Virus record (IMG/VR): IMGVR_UViG_3300023184_006193
Span: 1 to 64,000 of that record
DNA from: a virus
Length of the DNA stretch: 64,000 bases
Reading direction: 5' to 3' (one strand)
In this document: one piece after another, positions 9,713-19,747 of the stretch
Layout of the letters: the number at the start of each line of letters is the position of its first letter
How positions within the stretch are numbered: position 1 is the first letter of the stretch
Program-made: the position numbers and the translations under genes
The notes under the pieces: generated by a model
What the model was told of the DNA's origin: nothing
Seen by the model: the letters and a program-made list of their open reading frames with translations, nothing else
The model's database searches: none

Positions 9713-10087
9713 ATGGCAACTTCATATAATATAAGCACAATTCAAGGCGACAATTTACAAATAACTCTTTCTGTAAAAGATCAATATAATACTCCAGTTA
9801 ATTTAAGTGGATACGATGTAAGAGGAGTTGTTAAATATGCTTATGGTTTTACAGGATTATCTGGACTTATAGTTGATTTAGCGCCAGTTATTAATAGTGG
9901 AGTAAATGGCTCGCTTTATGCTTCTGGATTTATAAATATAAATATTCCATCATATACAATGACAACTATTCCAGTAGGTTCATTTGTTTATGATATCGAA
10001 AGATTTCCAGAAGGAATTCCTACTGGAAATTCTTTAAAATTATTAAGAGGAAAATTTATTGTTAGTCCAGAAGTTACAAGTTTTTAA
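9713..10087 (+). CDS. Small fibre-attachment/adaptor protein (BppU N-terminal-like)
   Basis: IQGD...VKD...VNLSGY...YDIE...LLRGKFIVSPEVT pattern of small beta-sandwich proteins preceding phage fibres. Confidence 0.55.
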   Translation: MATSYNISTIQGDNLQITLSVKDQYNTPVNLSGYDVRGVVKYAYGFTGLSGLIVDLAPVINSGVNGSLYASGFININIPSYTMTTIPVGSFVYDIERFPEGIPTGNSLKLLRGKFIVSPEVTSF

Positions 10088-10090
10088 TTT

Positions 10091-12805
10091 ATGGATGAAA
10101 TCAATGTTGACGTTATTGTTTCAAATGGAACGAATGTTGAAGTCAATTCGCCGTCAACATCTGTAAATGCTTTTGTAAATTTACCACCGCCATTACAATC
10201 AACTACAGATTCTCCATCAATAGATTATAATGCTCACGTTATTCTTCCTGGTCCACAAGGTCCTCCAGGAATACAAGGTCCAGTTGGACCTCAAGGCCCA
10301 CAGGGAAATATTAGTGGAATTAATGATTTAAATGCTCAACTTATTTATTTGAGTGGACAAGATGGCGTTAATATATATACTGATAATTATAATACAATTT
10401 TTATATCTGGAAATAGTGGATATTTTCAATCTCTTATAAATACAACAAATAATAATTTAAATATAACTGGTAATACATTAGCTGCAGATCTTTTGACTAC
10501 TGGAATTACGCTTCAAACTAACATTAATACGGTTGCATCGAATTTAATTACGACTGGAAATACTCTATCTACAAACCTTGTTTCTACTGGTAACTTTTTA
10601 AGTAAAAAAATAGATGATTTAAGTGGCGTCTCTGTTCTTACATATGGAAATCAACTAATATTAGGAAACAAAACTTTTAATGGCAATACAATTATTAATA
10701 ATCTTACTATTACTGGAACTGAAACTATAGTAAATACATCAGTACTTAATGTGGCTAATCCATATCTTCTTTTAAATATATCTGGTGGAGCATCAGATGG
10801 TGGAATATTCTTTGTTACTGGATCTGGCTTAACAGGTATAAATGATGCTGGCCCAATCATAGGATTTGATCATAGTAATAAATTTAAATTTGGAATAAGC
10901 ACAAGAAATAGTGATCTTTCACCTTTACCTGATATTGCATCCGTACAAGATATTATTGCTTATAGTGGGGTAGCAGATAATAAATTTGCAACAATAATTA
11001 ATTTAAACTCAACTGGAAACGATTTACAAACTCAGATTAATACTCTTTCTAATAAAGTTATTTATACCACTGGCAATCAAATTAAAAGTGGTCGTTTAGC
11101 AATTGGTGATACTATACTAAATGCAACTAATCCATATACATTAAGTCTCCAATCAAATAATCAAGATACATTTTTAGAAATTTTAAATAGTGGTGGAGCA
11201 GGCAAAGGTGCATTTTTTGGCATGAATGAAGATAGGCTTGAATTATATAATTATCAAGGTGGAGATATATTATTCTTAACTTCAGAAAATGTAAGCGAAG
11301 GCATTGAGAGATTGTATATAAAAAACAACGGCAATATAGGAATTGGAACAAATATACCTTCTGAAAAACTAGAAGTAGCTGGAAATATAAAAGCGAATAA
11401 TTTAGTATACAATACTGGTAATCAAACTATTAGTGGTGATACAACTTTTATTGATAAAATAAATATTAAAGCTATAGATGGCTCTTCTGTAGGATATATT
11501 GAAGGAACTAGCTTTGCTAACTCTCATCAAACCTTAAAAATCCAAACAGCGGGTCAAGATGAAAATTATATTGAAATAAATTCGGCTCAAAACAGCATAA
11601 ATCTTGGGGAAGATCTTTTTAATATTACAAATAATAATGGAACTTTAAATTTTAATTCTACTTATGATGAAAATATTGCTATAAATGGAACAAGAAGTTT
11701 ATCAGCGGATAATATATCAGCTTCTTTTAAAGAGGTATTAGTTAATAATAGAATAGATATTAAAGCTTCAGATGGCGAACTTGTTGGATTTATTTCTGGA
11801 GAAAGTAATTCTGGATCTACTCAAACACTAATAATAAATGGATTTGGTGGCACAGACGAACAAAATGTTAGAATACAATCCGCTGGAAATTCAATTCAAT
11901 TTGGTGAAGCTAATTTTACTATTACAAATAATAATGGAGTTTTAAATTTTAATGGCGGAGATGATATTTATATAAATAATACAAGAAATTTAGTTGGAAG
12001 TAATATATCAGCTTCTTTTAAAGAAGTCTCTGCTAACAATTTAGTTTACAATACTAGCAACCAAAACATATCTGGAATTAAAAATTTTTACTCTAGACCA
12101 ACATTAAGTGGTATTGGAGTTTCATTAATTGGTGAAGTTAGTGATAATTTAGTATATACTACTGGAAATCAAACTATAAGTGGAATTAAAACTTTTGCCA
12201 CAGGAGTATTAATTTCTGGTAATCTCCAAGTTTTTAATACTGGTATTTTTAATGGTCTTAATTTAAATAACATTGATGCTCTTAGTTTGTCTGGAGTAGA
12301 TATAAATATTGCAAGTGGAAATGTGAATTTAACAAATCGTCCAACTGTAAATGGCACTGGCGTACTTTTAAGTGGACAAAATAGTTTTACAGTTTATATG
12401 CAAGTTACTAATTCTAATCCTGTTAATGACAATATAAGCTATTTTAATAATCTTCCAGGCGGTCCAAGTACTCTTAGATCTAGTAAAATATTTCAAATTG
12501 GAGAAACATGTATAGCCAGAAAAGCTTCTTGGAATCAATACTTAGATACTTTTACTGGTATTCCAAACCAAAATGCCACTGGATATTTTATTAACGTATC
12601 GACTAATAGAACAGGAATAATAAGCACAGTAATTAATGCTACTACAGCTGGTATATCAGGTTTTAGTTATTTTGGACAAATAATCCCTAATATCGCAGTA
12701 GGTGAAACAGATTATGTTGTTTGTGGATTAAAATGGGGAAATTATACACCAGGTTTTCGTCCCTCTGGTTGGAGAGCTGGAGTTAATATATATTGTTATA
12801 ATTAA
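10091..12805 (+). CDS. Tail/head fibre protein with a collagen-like segment and internal repeats
   Basis: (GXY)7 at ~10250-10312; GNIGIGTNIPSEKLEVAGNI fibre motif; LVYxTGNQTISG repeats. Confidence 0.7.
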   Translation: MDEINVDVIVSNGTNVEVNSPSTSVNAFVNLPPPLQSTTDSPSIDYNAHVILPGPQGPPGIQGPVGPQGPQGNISGINDLNAQLIYLSGQDGVNIYTDNYNTIFISGNSGYFQSLINTTNNNLNITGNTLAADLLTTGITLQTNINTVASNLITTGNTLSTNLVSTGNFLSKKIDDLSGVSVLTYGNQLILGNKTFNGNTIINNLTITGTETIVNTSVLNVANPYLLLNISGGASDGGIFFVTGSGLTGINDAGPIIGFDHSNKFKFGISTRNSDLSPLPDIASVQDIIAYSGVADNKFATIINLNSTGNDLQTQINTLSNKVIYTTGNQIKSGRLAIGDTILNATNPYTLSLQSNNQDTFLEILNSGGAGKGAFFGMNEDRLELYNYQGGDILFLTSENVSEGIERLYIKNNGNIGIGTNIPSEKLEVAGNIKANNLVYNTGNQTISGDTTFIDKINIKAIDGSSVGYIEGTSFANSHQTLKIQTAGQDENYIEINSAQNSINLGEDLFNITNNNGTLNFNSTYDENIAINGTRSLSADNISASFKEVLVNNRIDIKASDGELVGFISGESNSGSTQTLIINGFGGTDEQNVRIQSAGNSIQFGEANFTITNNNGVLNFNGGDDIYINNTRNLVGSNISASFKEVSANNLVYNTSNQNISGIKNFYSRPTLSGIGVSLIGEVSDNLVYTTGNQTISGIKTFATGVLISGNLQVFNTGIFNGLNLNNIDALSLSGVDINIASGNVNLTNRPTVNGTGVLLSGQNSFTVYMQVTNSNPVNDNISYFNNLPGGPSTLRSSKIFQIGETCIARKASWNQYLDTFTGIPNQNATGYFINVSTNRTGIISTVINATTAGISGFSYFGQIIPNIAVGETDYVVCGLKWGNYTPGFRPSGWRAGVNIYCYN
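11456..12024 (+). repeat. Tandem duplication of a ~95-aa module inside the fibre gene
   Basis: INIKAIDG...TNNNGTLNFN...NISASFKEV versus IDIKASDG...TNNNGVLNFN...NISASFKEV; exact 24-nt DNA repeat TAATATATCAGCTTCTTTTAAAGA at 11710 and 12001. Confidence 0.8.
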
Positions 12806-12808
12806 TAT

Positions 12809-12837
12809 TTGAAATATTTTTATTATATTTATATAAT
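12809..12837 (+). promoter_or_regulatory. Sigma70-type promoter for the glycosyltransferase
   Basis: TTGAAA(12809)-17 nt-TATAAT(12832); TTG start 6 nt downstream. Confidence 0.65.
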
Positions 12838-12843
12838 ATACTA

Positions 12844-13713
12844 TTGAAAACAGTAATTTTCTTCCTTCAAGGTGGTATAGGTAAACATATTGCGGCAACT
12901 GCTGTAGCTGAAAATATAAGTAAAAATTATCCAGACAGAAAACTAATAGTAATTTGCCCTTATCCAGAAGTCTTCTTGAATAATCCTTTTGTTCATAGAA
13001 TCTATAGATCAAATAGCGCACAATATTTTTATGAAGATTTTATTAAAAATAAAGATGTGATATTTTTAGGTAATGAAGTCTACCAAAGTAACGAATATGT
13101 AGTAGAAAATAAGCATCTAATTGAATCATGGTGCAATATGTTTGGATTAAAATATACTGGAGAAAATCCTAGATTATTTTTAAATTACGCAGAAATGATT
13201 GATTCAGCAAGAAAATACAATAGAAACAAAAAATCTATAATTATTCAAACTAATGGCGGAGGAAATGAAGGTCCAAACTATAATTGGGCAAGAGATCTTC
13301 CTGACTTCTTAGTTAAGGATTTAGTTGATTCATTAAAAGATCAATATCATATATTTCACATTGGTCGAAGAGATCAAATCAACTACGAGCATACTGAAAA
13401 AGTTGATACTCATTTTAGAGAACTTTTTTGCTTGCTTGCTTTAACTGAAAAAAGGCTACTGATAGATTCATTTGCTCAACATGCGGGAGCAGCTTTAATG
13501 CTTCCTTCTACTGTATGCTGGATTGGGACTTCACCAGATAAATTAGGCTATAATATACATAAAAATATCATCGCTAAAGATCAATCTAAGATATTTAGTC
13601 ATGCTATTGATGGAATAATAATGGAAAAAGAATTTGCTGGTTTGCCTCATCAATGTAACTATAATATAATCCAATCCTTTGATAAGGAAGAAATACTCTC
13701 AACTTTAGTTTAA
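12844..13713 (+). CDS. GT-B glycosyltransferase, GT9 (heptosyltransferase)-like
   Basis: GGIGKxI N-terminal motif, NNPFV, IDSFAQHAGAAL...TVCW; TTG start. Confidence 0.7.
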   Translation: MKTVIFFLQGGIGKHIAATAVAENISKNYPDRKLIVICPYPEVFLNNPFVHRIYRSNSAQYFYEDFIKNKDVIFLGNEVYQSNEYVVENKHLIESWCNMFGLKYTGENPRLFLNYAEMIDSARKYNRNKKSIIIQTNGGGNEGPNYNWARDLPDFLVKDLVDSLKDQYHIFHIGRRDQINYEHTEKVDTHFRELFCLLALTEKRLLIDSFAQHAGAALMLPSTVCWIGTSPDKLGYNIHKNIIAKDQSKIFSHAIDGIIMEKEFAGLPHQCNYNIIQSFDKEEILSTLV

Positions 13714-13740
13714 ATTAACGAATTGTATATCAATATTATA

Positions 13741-13746
13741 GTGTAA
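13741..13746 (+). promoter_or_regulatory. GTGTAA candidate late-promoter element, likely leaderless mRNA
   Basis: GTGTAA-N8-ATG(13755). Confidence 0.65.
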
Positions 13747-13754
13747 TTTAGTGT

Positions 13755-14270
13755 ATGACTAATTACATTGCTTCTATTGCCCAAGAAATATTTGAAGAAT
13801 TAGGGGAACCTTCTGATTTTAGCATAGCTGCTATAGCAGCATGGTTAAGGAGAAATATTGGAGGTTTAAATAACTTTTTAAATGAATCTTTCTCAATTAA
13901 CGATCAAGGTTTAGAAATTTCTCCAGCTTTAAATGACATTCAAAAATATATATTTAAAAAAATGTATAATGTATATTATTTTGATTTAAAAATTAAAAGT
14001 GTAGGAAGTTTAGCTACAACAGATTTTGTCACAATAAAAGATGATATTGCAAGCGTTCAAAAAATTAATAAAAATGAAGTACTTAAAAATTATATTTCTA
14101 TAAGAAAACAAGAATATGATGAACTTAGAAACCTTGTCTATCAATATAGAAACAATGAAAGCGCACCAGTTCAAGTTGCTGGAGACGATACTATACCAGG
14201 ATTTTATGGAAGATTTTATGGTATTAATAATCCAGGTTTTAGAACTAGAAATAATAATTTTTTCCCATAA
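13755..14270 (+). CDS. Putative head-tail adaptor
   Basis: Helical 171-aa protein, first gene of the neck block; positional inference. Confidence 0.45.
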   Translation: MTNYIASIAQEIFEELGEPSDFSIAAIAAWLRRNIGGLNNFLNESFSINDQGLEISPALNDIQKYIFKKMYNVYYFDLKIKSVGSLATTDFVTIKDDIASVQKINKNEVLKNYISIRKQEYDELRNLVYQYRNNESAPVQVAGDDTIPGFYGRFYGINNPGFRTRNNNFFP

Positions 14271-14278
14271 TTTAATTT

Positions 14279-14719
14279 ATGAGCTACATAAGTTCAGATG
14301 TTGCAGCTAGTTTTTCTAATGAATACGATCAATTTTTTGATTATTTCTCTAGACCTTTTTTAGTTAATAAAGATCCAATAAGAGTTATTAATCAATTGGC
14401 TAGTCCAATGATTTATGGATATGGACAAAATTCTGATCAAACTAATTTTACATATGTACCTGTTACTGGTGTTTTTAGTGGAAGAATATATTATAATAAC
14501 GCAAGAGATACAGACGCAGTAGATTCAGATTTGAAACTTGTATTTGCAAGAGGAGACGTTACGTTAAAAGTAAAACAACCAGCCAGAGATTTTATAGCTA
14601 ACGGTAAAACTATAAATGTAGAATTTGATGGGAAAACATGGAATATTATTACAGAAGATATTGTTAAAAGATATCTTAATAACAGTTATTATGTATATGG
14701 ATTGGAGCAAACAAAATAA
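14279..14719 (+). CDS. Putative head closure/stopper protein
   Basis: Beta-rich, with VEFDGKTWNI typical of SPP1 gp16-like proteins; position. Confidence 0.5.
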   Translation: MSYISSDVAASFSNEYDQFFDYFSRPFLVNKDPIRVINQLASPMIYGYGQNSDQTNFTYVPVTGVFSGRIYYNNARDTDAVDSDLKLVFARGDVTLKVKQPARDFIANGKTINVEFDGKTWNIITEDIVKRYLNNSYYVYGLEQTK

Positions 14720-14720
14720 T

Positions 14721-15311
14721 ATGGCTTCTAAAGTTAATACGAAGCAACTCAATCAAGAGCTTTCTAAGTCTTATGAACAGGCTATTAAAAAAGAAGCGTT
14801 AGATTTTGCTGAAGAAATCTTAACTGAAAACACAAAAAAATATTTAAATGAAATTGAAAATCATCCAGTCTCTCAAGAGATCGCCAATGGGCCAGATGCA
14901 GAAAATATAAGTTATACTTTAGATGGAAAAGAAAATCTTTTTGCTTTTATAGGTTTTGAAGCGGAAGATAAACCAATAGAAGATTTAAAAAATTTAATAA
15001 AAGAAAATACATTTTTAGATAAAAGATCAACATTTAATTCAAAAACTTTTGAATTAAAATTTAATATATTTACTCCATCTTTCGAAGAAATTAAATCTGC
15101 AACACCATTACCTTTTGAAAATGGAAAAAGCTGGGTTAAAGGAATAGAAGATGGAATTAGTGGATTCGGATATTATGTATATGGTTTATTATTTCCTAAA
15201 AGTAGATCCAAAAGAGGTATTCAATCTCAAAATAAAGTTAGAAATGGAACTTTTAAAACGGTAAAATATATGTCAGAAATGTATAGTAATTTTATTAGGA
15301 ATTTAAAATAA
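14721..15311 (+). CDS. Putative tail completion/neck protein (start at 14721 rather than 14625)
   Basis: ATG directly after the previous stop; position in the neck block. Confidence 0.45.
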   Translation: MASKVNTKQLNQELSKSYEQAIKKEALDFAEEILTENTKKYLNEIENHPVSQEIANGPDAENISYTLDGKENLFAFIGFEAEDKPIEDLKNLIKENTFLDKRSTFNSKTFELKFNIFTPSFEEIKSATPLPFENGKSWVKGIEDGISGFGYYVYGLLFPKSRSKRGIQSQNKVRNGTFKTVKYMSEMYSNFIRNLK

Positions 15312-16174
15312 TGATACCACAATTTGATAATATTATAATGACAAGTATGCTGTTTTGGTTAGATCGCACTGTCATAACAAGGGGTCAAGCTTTTACAAAT
15401 TATCAAAGCGTTTTTTATCCTTTATCTAATATGTATTATGGATATTATACTTACGGCGCTCCATTTAAACAAATGATTATTGATTGTTCTATAAGTGGGG
15501 CAAATATTATAAGTGGAATATATTTAAATAATAATTTTATTACAATAGGGCAGAGTGGATTGAGTGGAATTAATGCTACTGAAGGGCAACTATATTTTAG
15601 TCAACCAATAAGTAATCCTAACGTAGCTTTAAGTGGAAATTATGCTGTTAAAGATTTTAATATGTATTTAACTAGTAAAACAGAAGAAGCTATATTATTT
15701 GAAACAGCTTATCAAATTAACCCTAAAACATATCAAAATCCAACTGGCTTACCAGTAGGTTCAGAGACTTATCCTGTTATATATTTAAAATATCAAGGAG
15801 GTAAAAATAAGCCTCTTGCTTTTGGTGGATTTGACCAAACAGTAAGTAATGTAAGAGCAATCATATTATCTGATACAGTTTTTAACTTAGATGCCGTAAC
15901 AAGCATCATGAGAGACACAAGTCGCCAATTAGTGCCGTTAATGTACCCAAGTGATATGCCATTTGATGCATTAAATAGTGTTACTGGAGACTGTTTTAAT
16001 TATATTAATGCAACTAAAAATAAAAGCGTAGACAATGAATATGTATATATTAATGAAGTTAATATTAGTAAGTCTGATACTAAAATATTAAATGCTACTA
16101 ATAGTTTAAATCGTAATGTATATTCAGCTTTTGTTGATTTTGAATTAATAAAAAATAGATACCCTAGATTATAA
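15311..16174 (+). CDS. Putative tail terminator protein
   Basis: YPVIYL...GG motif and position immediately before the tail tube gene. Confidence 0.5.
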   Translation: MIPQFDNIIMTSMLFWLDRTVITRGQAFTNYQSVFYPLSNMYYGYYTYGAPFKQMIIDCSISGANIISGIYLNNNFITIGQSGLSGINATEGQLYFSQPISNPNVALSGNYAVKDFNMYLTSKTEEAILFETAYQINPKTYQNPTGLPVGSETYPVIYLKYQGGKNKPLAFGGFDQTVSNVRAIILSDTVFNLDAVTSIMRDTSRQLVPLMYPSDMPFDALNSVTGDCFNYINATKNKSVDNEYVYINEVNISKSDTKILNATNSLNRNVYSAFVDFELIKNRYPRL

Positions 16175-16200
16175 AAAAAGTGAGAATTTTATAAAATAAG

Positions 16201-16206
16201 GTGTAA
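16201..16206 (+). promoter_or_regulatory. GTGTAA candidate late-promoter element
   Basis: Upstream of the GGAG RBS of the tail tube gene. Confidence 0.65.
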
Positions 16207-16231
16207 TAACAATAAATGGAGAACAAATAAT

Positions 16232-17371
16232 ATGGCAAGAAATCGTATAATTTATCAATCTGAAGCTTTATATGCTGGTCCATCACCAGCCACAGGTTTT
16301 CACTTAACTTCTGGAGCTAATGTTCCTTGGGTTGGACCAACTGGTAACTCTTTAGTTAATCAACTTCAAAGAATTCAAACAGCTAACTATAGTTTCACGG
16401 TTGATCGCACAGACGTTAATCAATTCGGTCAATTGGCCGCTATTGATCGAGTAATTTTAACTAATCCAACCGTAGCTTTGGATTTTAGTTATATTTTAGC
16501 AAATTTAGTTAATGAAGTAAATCTAGGATTTACAATAAATAAATCTGGTGATACAAACGAAGTTTCTGCGATCTCTGGATTGCTAAATGGAACACAAGAT
16601 GAGAGAAATTATTTCATCCGCACTGTACCAGAAGGTAATGATGCTGTTAACTACTCTGATCCAACCGCAACAAATAATGGTGTTATAGGCGTAGGAAATG
16701 GTTTCATTAGTTCTTATTCTACAGAAGGATCTGTTGGAAATTTCCCAACTACAACAATCAATGTTGAAGGTTTAAATATGAACTTCCAAAAGGGAACAAC
16801 TGGAAATTATATTCCAGCTGTAAATCCTGCTGATGGAAGTTCAGTATCTTACTATTATAGTTTACCAACAGCAGCAACAACTTCTTCTACTGGTTTAGCT
16901 AGTGGAGTAAGCGCATTGCGCCCAGGAGACATAACTATAACAATTCCTCAAACATCTGGTGGTGGAGTAAATACTACATCGATGAATGTTCAAAGTTATA
17001 CATTAAGTTTTGATTTGGCTCGTACTCCAATTCAAAAACTTGGTAGTAAGTTTGCATTCTCCAGACCAATTGATTTCCCATTAACTGTAACTCTAAGCGT
17101 TGACGCTCAAGTAACAGATATTAATGAAGGAAGTATCAATGATCTAATTTGTAACGATACTAGCGTATACAATCCATCAATATCTATTAAGAATCCAGCT
17201 TGTAATAATGATAATGTTGTAGCTAAATATACCCTTAAAGGAGCTAAACTTGATAGTCAAGAATATAGTTCTGATATCGGTAGTAATAAATCAGTTACCC
17301 TTACATTTAGTGCACAAGTTGGTGGACCTCAAGATACAGCTCGCGGGTTGTTCATCAGCGGTCAAGCCTAA
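16232..17371 (+). CDS. Major tail tube protein (tandem two-domain, T5 pb6-like organisation)
   Basis: MARNRIIYQS start, two halves each with QSxxYSFxxxRT..QxG pattern, terminator downstream, no sheath gene adjacent. Confidence 0.75.
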   Translation: MARNRIIYQSEALYAGPSPATGFHLTSGANVPWVGPTGNSLVNQLQRIQTANYSFTVDRTDVNQFGQLAAIDRVILTNPTVALDFSYILANLVNEVNLGFTINKSGDTNEVSAISGLLNGTQDERNYFIRTVPEGNDAVNYSDPTATNNGVIGVGNGFISSYSTEGSVGNFPTTTINVEGLNMNFQKGTTGNYIPAVNPADGSSVSYYYSLPTAATTSSTGLASGVSALRPGDITITIPQTSGGGVNTTSMNVQSYTLSFDLARTPIQKLGSKFAFSRPIDFPLTVTLSVDAQVTDINEGSINDLICNDTSVYNPSISIKNPACNNDNVVAKYTLKGAKLDSQEYSSDIGSNKSVTLTFSAQVGGPQDTARGLFISGQA

Positions 17372-17393
17372 TAGTTAAGAAGAAATTATAAAG

Positions 17394-17424
17394 ATAACCC
17401 CCGTTTCCACGGGGGTTATTTTTT
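17394..17424 (+). terminator. Rho-independent terminator after the tail tube gene
   Basis: ATAACCCCCGT-TTCC-ACGGGGGTTAT followed by a T-tract. Confidence 0.9.
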
Positions 17425-17430
17425 GTGTAA
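17425..17430 (+). promoter_or_regulatory. GTGTAA candidate late-promoter element
   Basis: Directly after the terminator T-tract, as at 5671. Confidence 0.65.
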
Positions 17431-17463
17431 ATACAGTCAAGGTAAAGGTTGGTTAAAAGGTAT

Positions 17464-17685
17464 ATGGAGCACAAAATTAAAGATTTAACTTTATTTCAAA
17501 TAAAGCGTAAGATAACAAATATCTATAAAAATTTCTTTTTTATTCTTGAAGATTTATCTGATTCTGGATATAATCTTAACGAAGAAACTTATGCAAAAAT
17601 ACGTAAAAGAGTACTTGATAATGCTAATGATGCGATAAGAGAAATAGAGGAATATTTCAACACAATTGATATTAATTTAAAATGA
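17464..17685 (+). CDS. Small helical hypothetical protein
   Basis: AAGG 3 nt before the ATG at 17464. Confidence 0.6.
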   Translation: MEHKIKDLTLFQIKRKITNIYKNFFFILEDLSDSGYNLNEETYAKIRKRVLDNANDAIREIEEYFNTIDINLK

Positions 17686-17957
17686 AAAAAAGACTTAATC
17701 TTTACCAAGCTATTCCAATTGAAAAAATTATTCAAAGTAATTTATCTGTTCAATCTATACAAAGGTCTTTAACAAAAGATTTTGGCATAAAGAATCCAAA
17801 TTATTCAAATTTAACTAATTCTAATTTTTTAAAATTTTACGATTCTTGGAATGAAGAAAAAAGAAATAAATTCATTAAAACAATTGGTGGAGTAGTTTAT
17901 TTCTCTAAAATTAAAAATTTTCTTCAAAAACTAGAAAGAGAACAAACTGGAGTTTAA
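17682..17957 (+). CDS. Hypothetical protein
   Basis: ATGA overlap with the previous gene. Confidence 0.55.
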   Translation: MKKRLNLYQAIPIEKIIQSNLSVQSIQRSLTKDFGIKNPNYSNLTNSNFLKFYDSWNEEKRNKFIKTIGGVVYFSKIKNFLQKLEREQTGV

Positions 17958-17960
17958 AAT

Positions 17961-18704
17961 ATGAAAAAACTATATGAGTTTTCAATAAATAAAGAAGTAG
18001 AGGTCAAAGAAACTACTAATGAAAAGAATGAAAAAGGTGAAGAAATTCAAGTTTCAAAGAACGTAAGAAAAGAATTGCCTCAAAAATATTTTATTAAAAA
18101 ACCAAATAGAGGTCTATTTGATGAAGCAGAATTATTTTATGGAGTTCGTTTATCAGAAGGAATTAAAGCTGGTCTTTTAACGAGGGCTCTATTAGCTAAA
18201 AGATTTACTAATGATGGTGGAATTTTTAGTGAAATAGATAAAGAACAATATACTAGCTTATATCTAAAGTTATTTCAATTACAAAATGAATTCCAAAGAT
18301 TATCTGTTAAAGAAAAAAGTAAAGAAGAAGAGACTCAGTATAATAATTTAATTAAAGAAATCGCTGAGTCTAGAGAAAAAATTCAAGATTATGAGTTTGC
18401 TCAAGCTAGTCTTTTTGATCAAACAGCAGAAAATAGAGCAAGAAACAAAACTATAATGTTTTGGGTCCTTAATCTTTCTTATAAAGAGAATGATAATGGT
18501 ACATTTTCACCAGTATTTGGAGATGGAGCATTTGAAGATAAACTAAAAGAATATGATAGATTAGAAGAAGCAAGTGACCCTTTCTTTGAAAAATTGTGTC
18601 AAAAACTAGTTCTTCTTATTAGTTTCTGGTATATGGGTAGAGCTTCGACGCAAGAAGAATTTGAAAAACTATTTAATTTAGAAGAAAATAAGAGTGCAAA
18701 TTGA
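17961..18704 (+). CDS. Putative tail assembly chaperone
   Basis: Acidic helical protein between the tube and tape measure genes. Confidence 0.5.
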   Translation: MKKLYEFSINKEVEVKETTNEKNEKGEEIQVSKNVRKELPQKYFIKKPNRGLFDEAELFYGVRLSEGIKAGLLTRALLAKRFTNDGGIFSEIDKEQYTSLYLKLFQLQNEFQRLSVKEKSKEEETQYNNLIKEIAESREKIQDYEFAQASLFDQTAENRARNKTIMFWVLNLSYKENDNGTFSPVFGDGAFEDKLKEYDRLEEASDPFFEKLCQKLVLLISFWYMGRASTQEEFEKLFNLEENKSAN

Positions 18705-19698
18705 TAATAAAAATTTATTAAGACTTTACTTAGTAGATATTTTAAAAGGATACTCTAAAACATATTTAAACGATAAACTAATATATATTAAGCATATGGA
18801 CTCTCTATCTTCTGGAGAGGTAGATCTCAAGAAGGAGGAATTTTATCACAAGGCTTTAAAAAACAAGCTCCCTTCTTTATCTGATCAAGAGGCTTATATA
18901 TTAAAAGAAGAGCTTTGGTCAGAAGATAAAAATAAAGAGATTCAAAAAATAAAAGAATATTTAACTGGTTTAAAGAAAACAAAGTTAAAATTATTCCGAG
19001 AAAAAGAATTAAAAGCTATAAACGAACAAATAAATAACGAAGAAAAAAAACTGTTAAATTTAAATTTAGAAAAAAAAGAATTAATAGGATTTACGGCAGA
19101 AGATTATGCCAATAAAAAGATTAATGAATATTATATGTTTATATCTTTATATAAAGACCCCGATTTAAAAGAGAATTTCTTTTCTCAAAATGAATTTGAT
19201 GAACTTGAGAATCTGGATATTAGTAAATTAGTTCAAATTTATAATGATAAATTATCAGTTTATAATGATAAAAATTTAAAGAAAATATCTCTCCTAAATA
19301 GTCATTTAACACTTTTTAATATATCTGATGATAATCCATATTATATGTATGGTAAAAGTATTGTATATTTAACTTTTTATCAAATTGAAATCTTTGGTTA
19401 TGCTAAATATTTCAAAAATCAATTAAGCTATGCAAAACATAAGCCAGCAGATGAATATTTCGAAGACCCAGAAAAGCTAATAGAATGGCTAGAAAGCAGT
19501 AAAAATGTAGAGGAACTGCTAGAAAAGGGTGCTAGCAATAAAGCTGATACTGTGGCTACTTCTATTATTGGTGCAACTAAAGAAGATCTTAAAAAGGCTG
19601 GATTAGATGAATCTAATACTATAAGCTTAACTGAAGAAGCTAAGAAAAAGGGTGGTACTTTAACTATGGAGGATCTAATGAAACTCCATGGAATTTAA
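18694..19698 (+). CDS. Putative second tail assembly chaperone
   Basis: Helical protein directly upstream of the tape measure gene; GTG start overlapping the previous gene. Confidence 0.5.
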   Translation: MQIDNKNLLRLYLVDILKGYSKTYLNDKLIYIKHMDSLSSGEVDLKKEEFYHKALKNKLPSLSDQEAYILKEELWSEDKNKEIQKIKEYLTGLKKTKLKLFREKELKAINEQINNEEKKLLNLNLEKKELIGFTAEDYANKKINEYYMFISLYKDPDLKENFFSQNEFDELENLDISKLVQIYNDKLSVYNDKNLKKISLLNSHLTLFNISDDNPYYMYGKSIVYLTFYQIEIFGYAKYFKNQLSYAKHKPADEYFEDPEKLIEWLESSKNVEELLEKGASNKADTVATSIIGATKEDLKKAGLDESNTISLTEEAKKKGGTLTMEDLMKLHGI

Positions 19699-19717
19699 TT
19701 AAATATCTTATATTTTC

Positions 19718-19723
19718 GTGTAA
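19718..19723 (+). promoter_or_regulatory. GTGTAA candidate late-promoter element
   Basis: Intergenic, upstream of the tape measure gene. Confidence 0.6.
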
Positions 19724-19747
19724 TTTATTACAGGAAAGGCATAAGGA

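Noticed and set aside
11456-12024. Diversity-generating retroelement TR/VR pair
   Set aside because: The copies are tandem, in frame, diverged at all bases rather than only adenines, and no reverse transcriptase is present in the window.
18660-18704. Programmed -1 frameshift joining the two chaperone-like ORFs (lambda G/GT type)
   Set aside because: The second ORF is in the +1 frame, has an in-frame TAG at 18679, and no XXXYYYZ slippery heptamer lies in the short overlap; a coupled GTG start is simpler.
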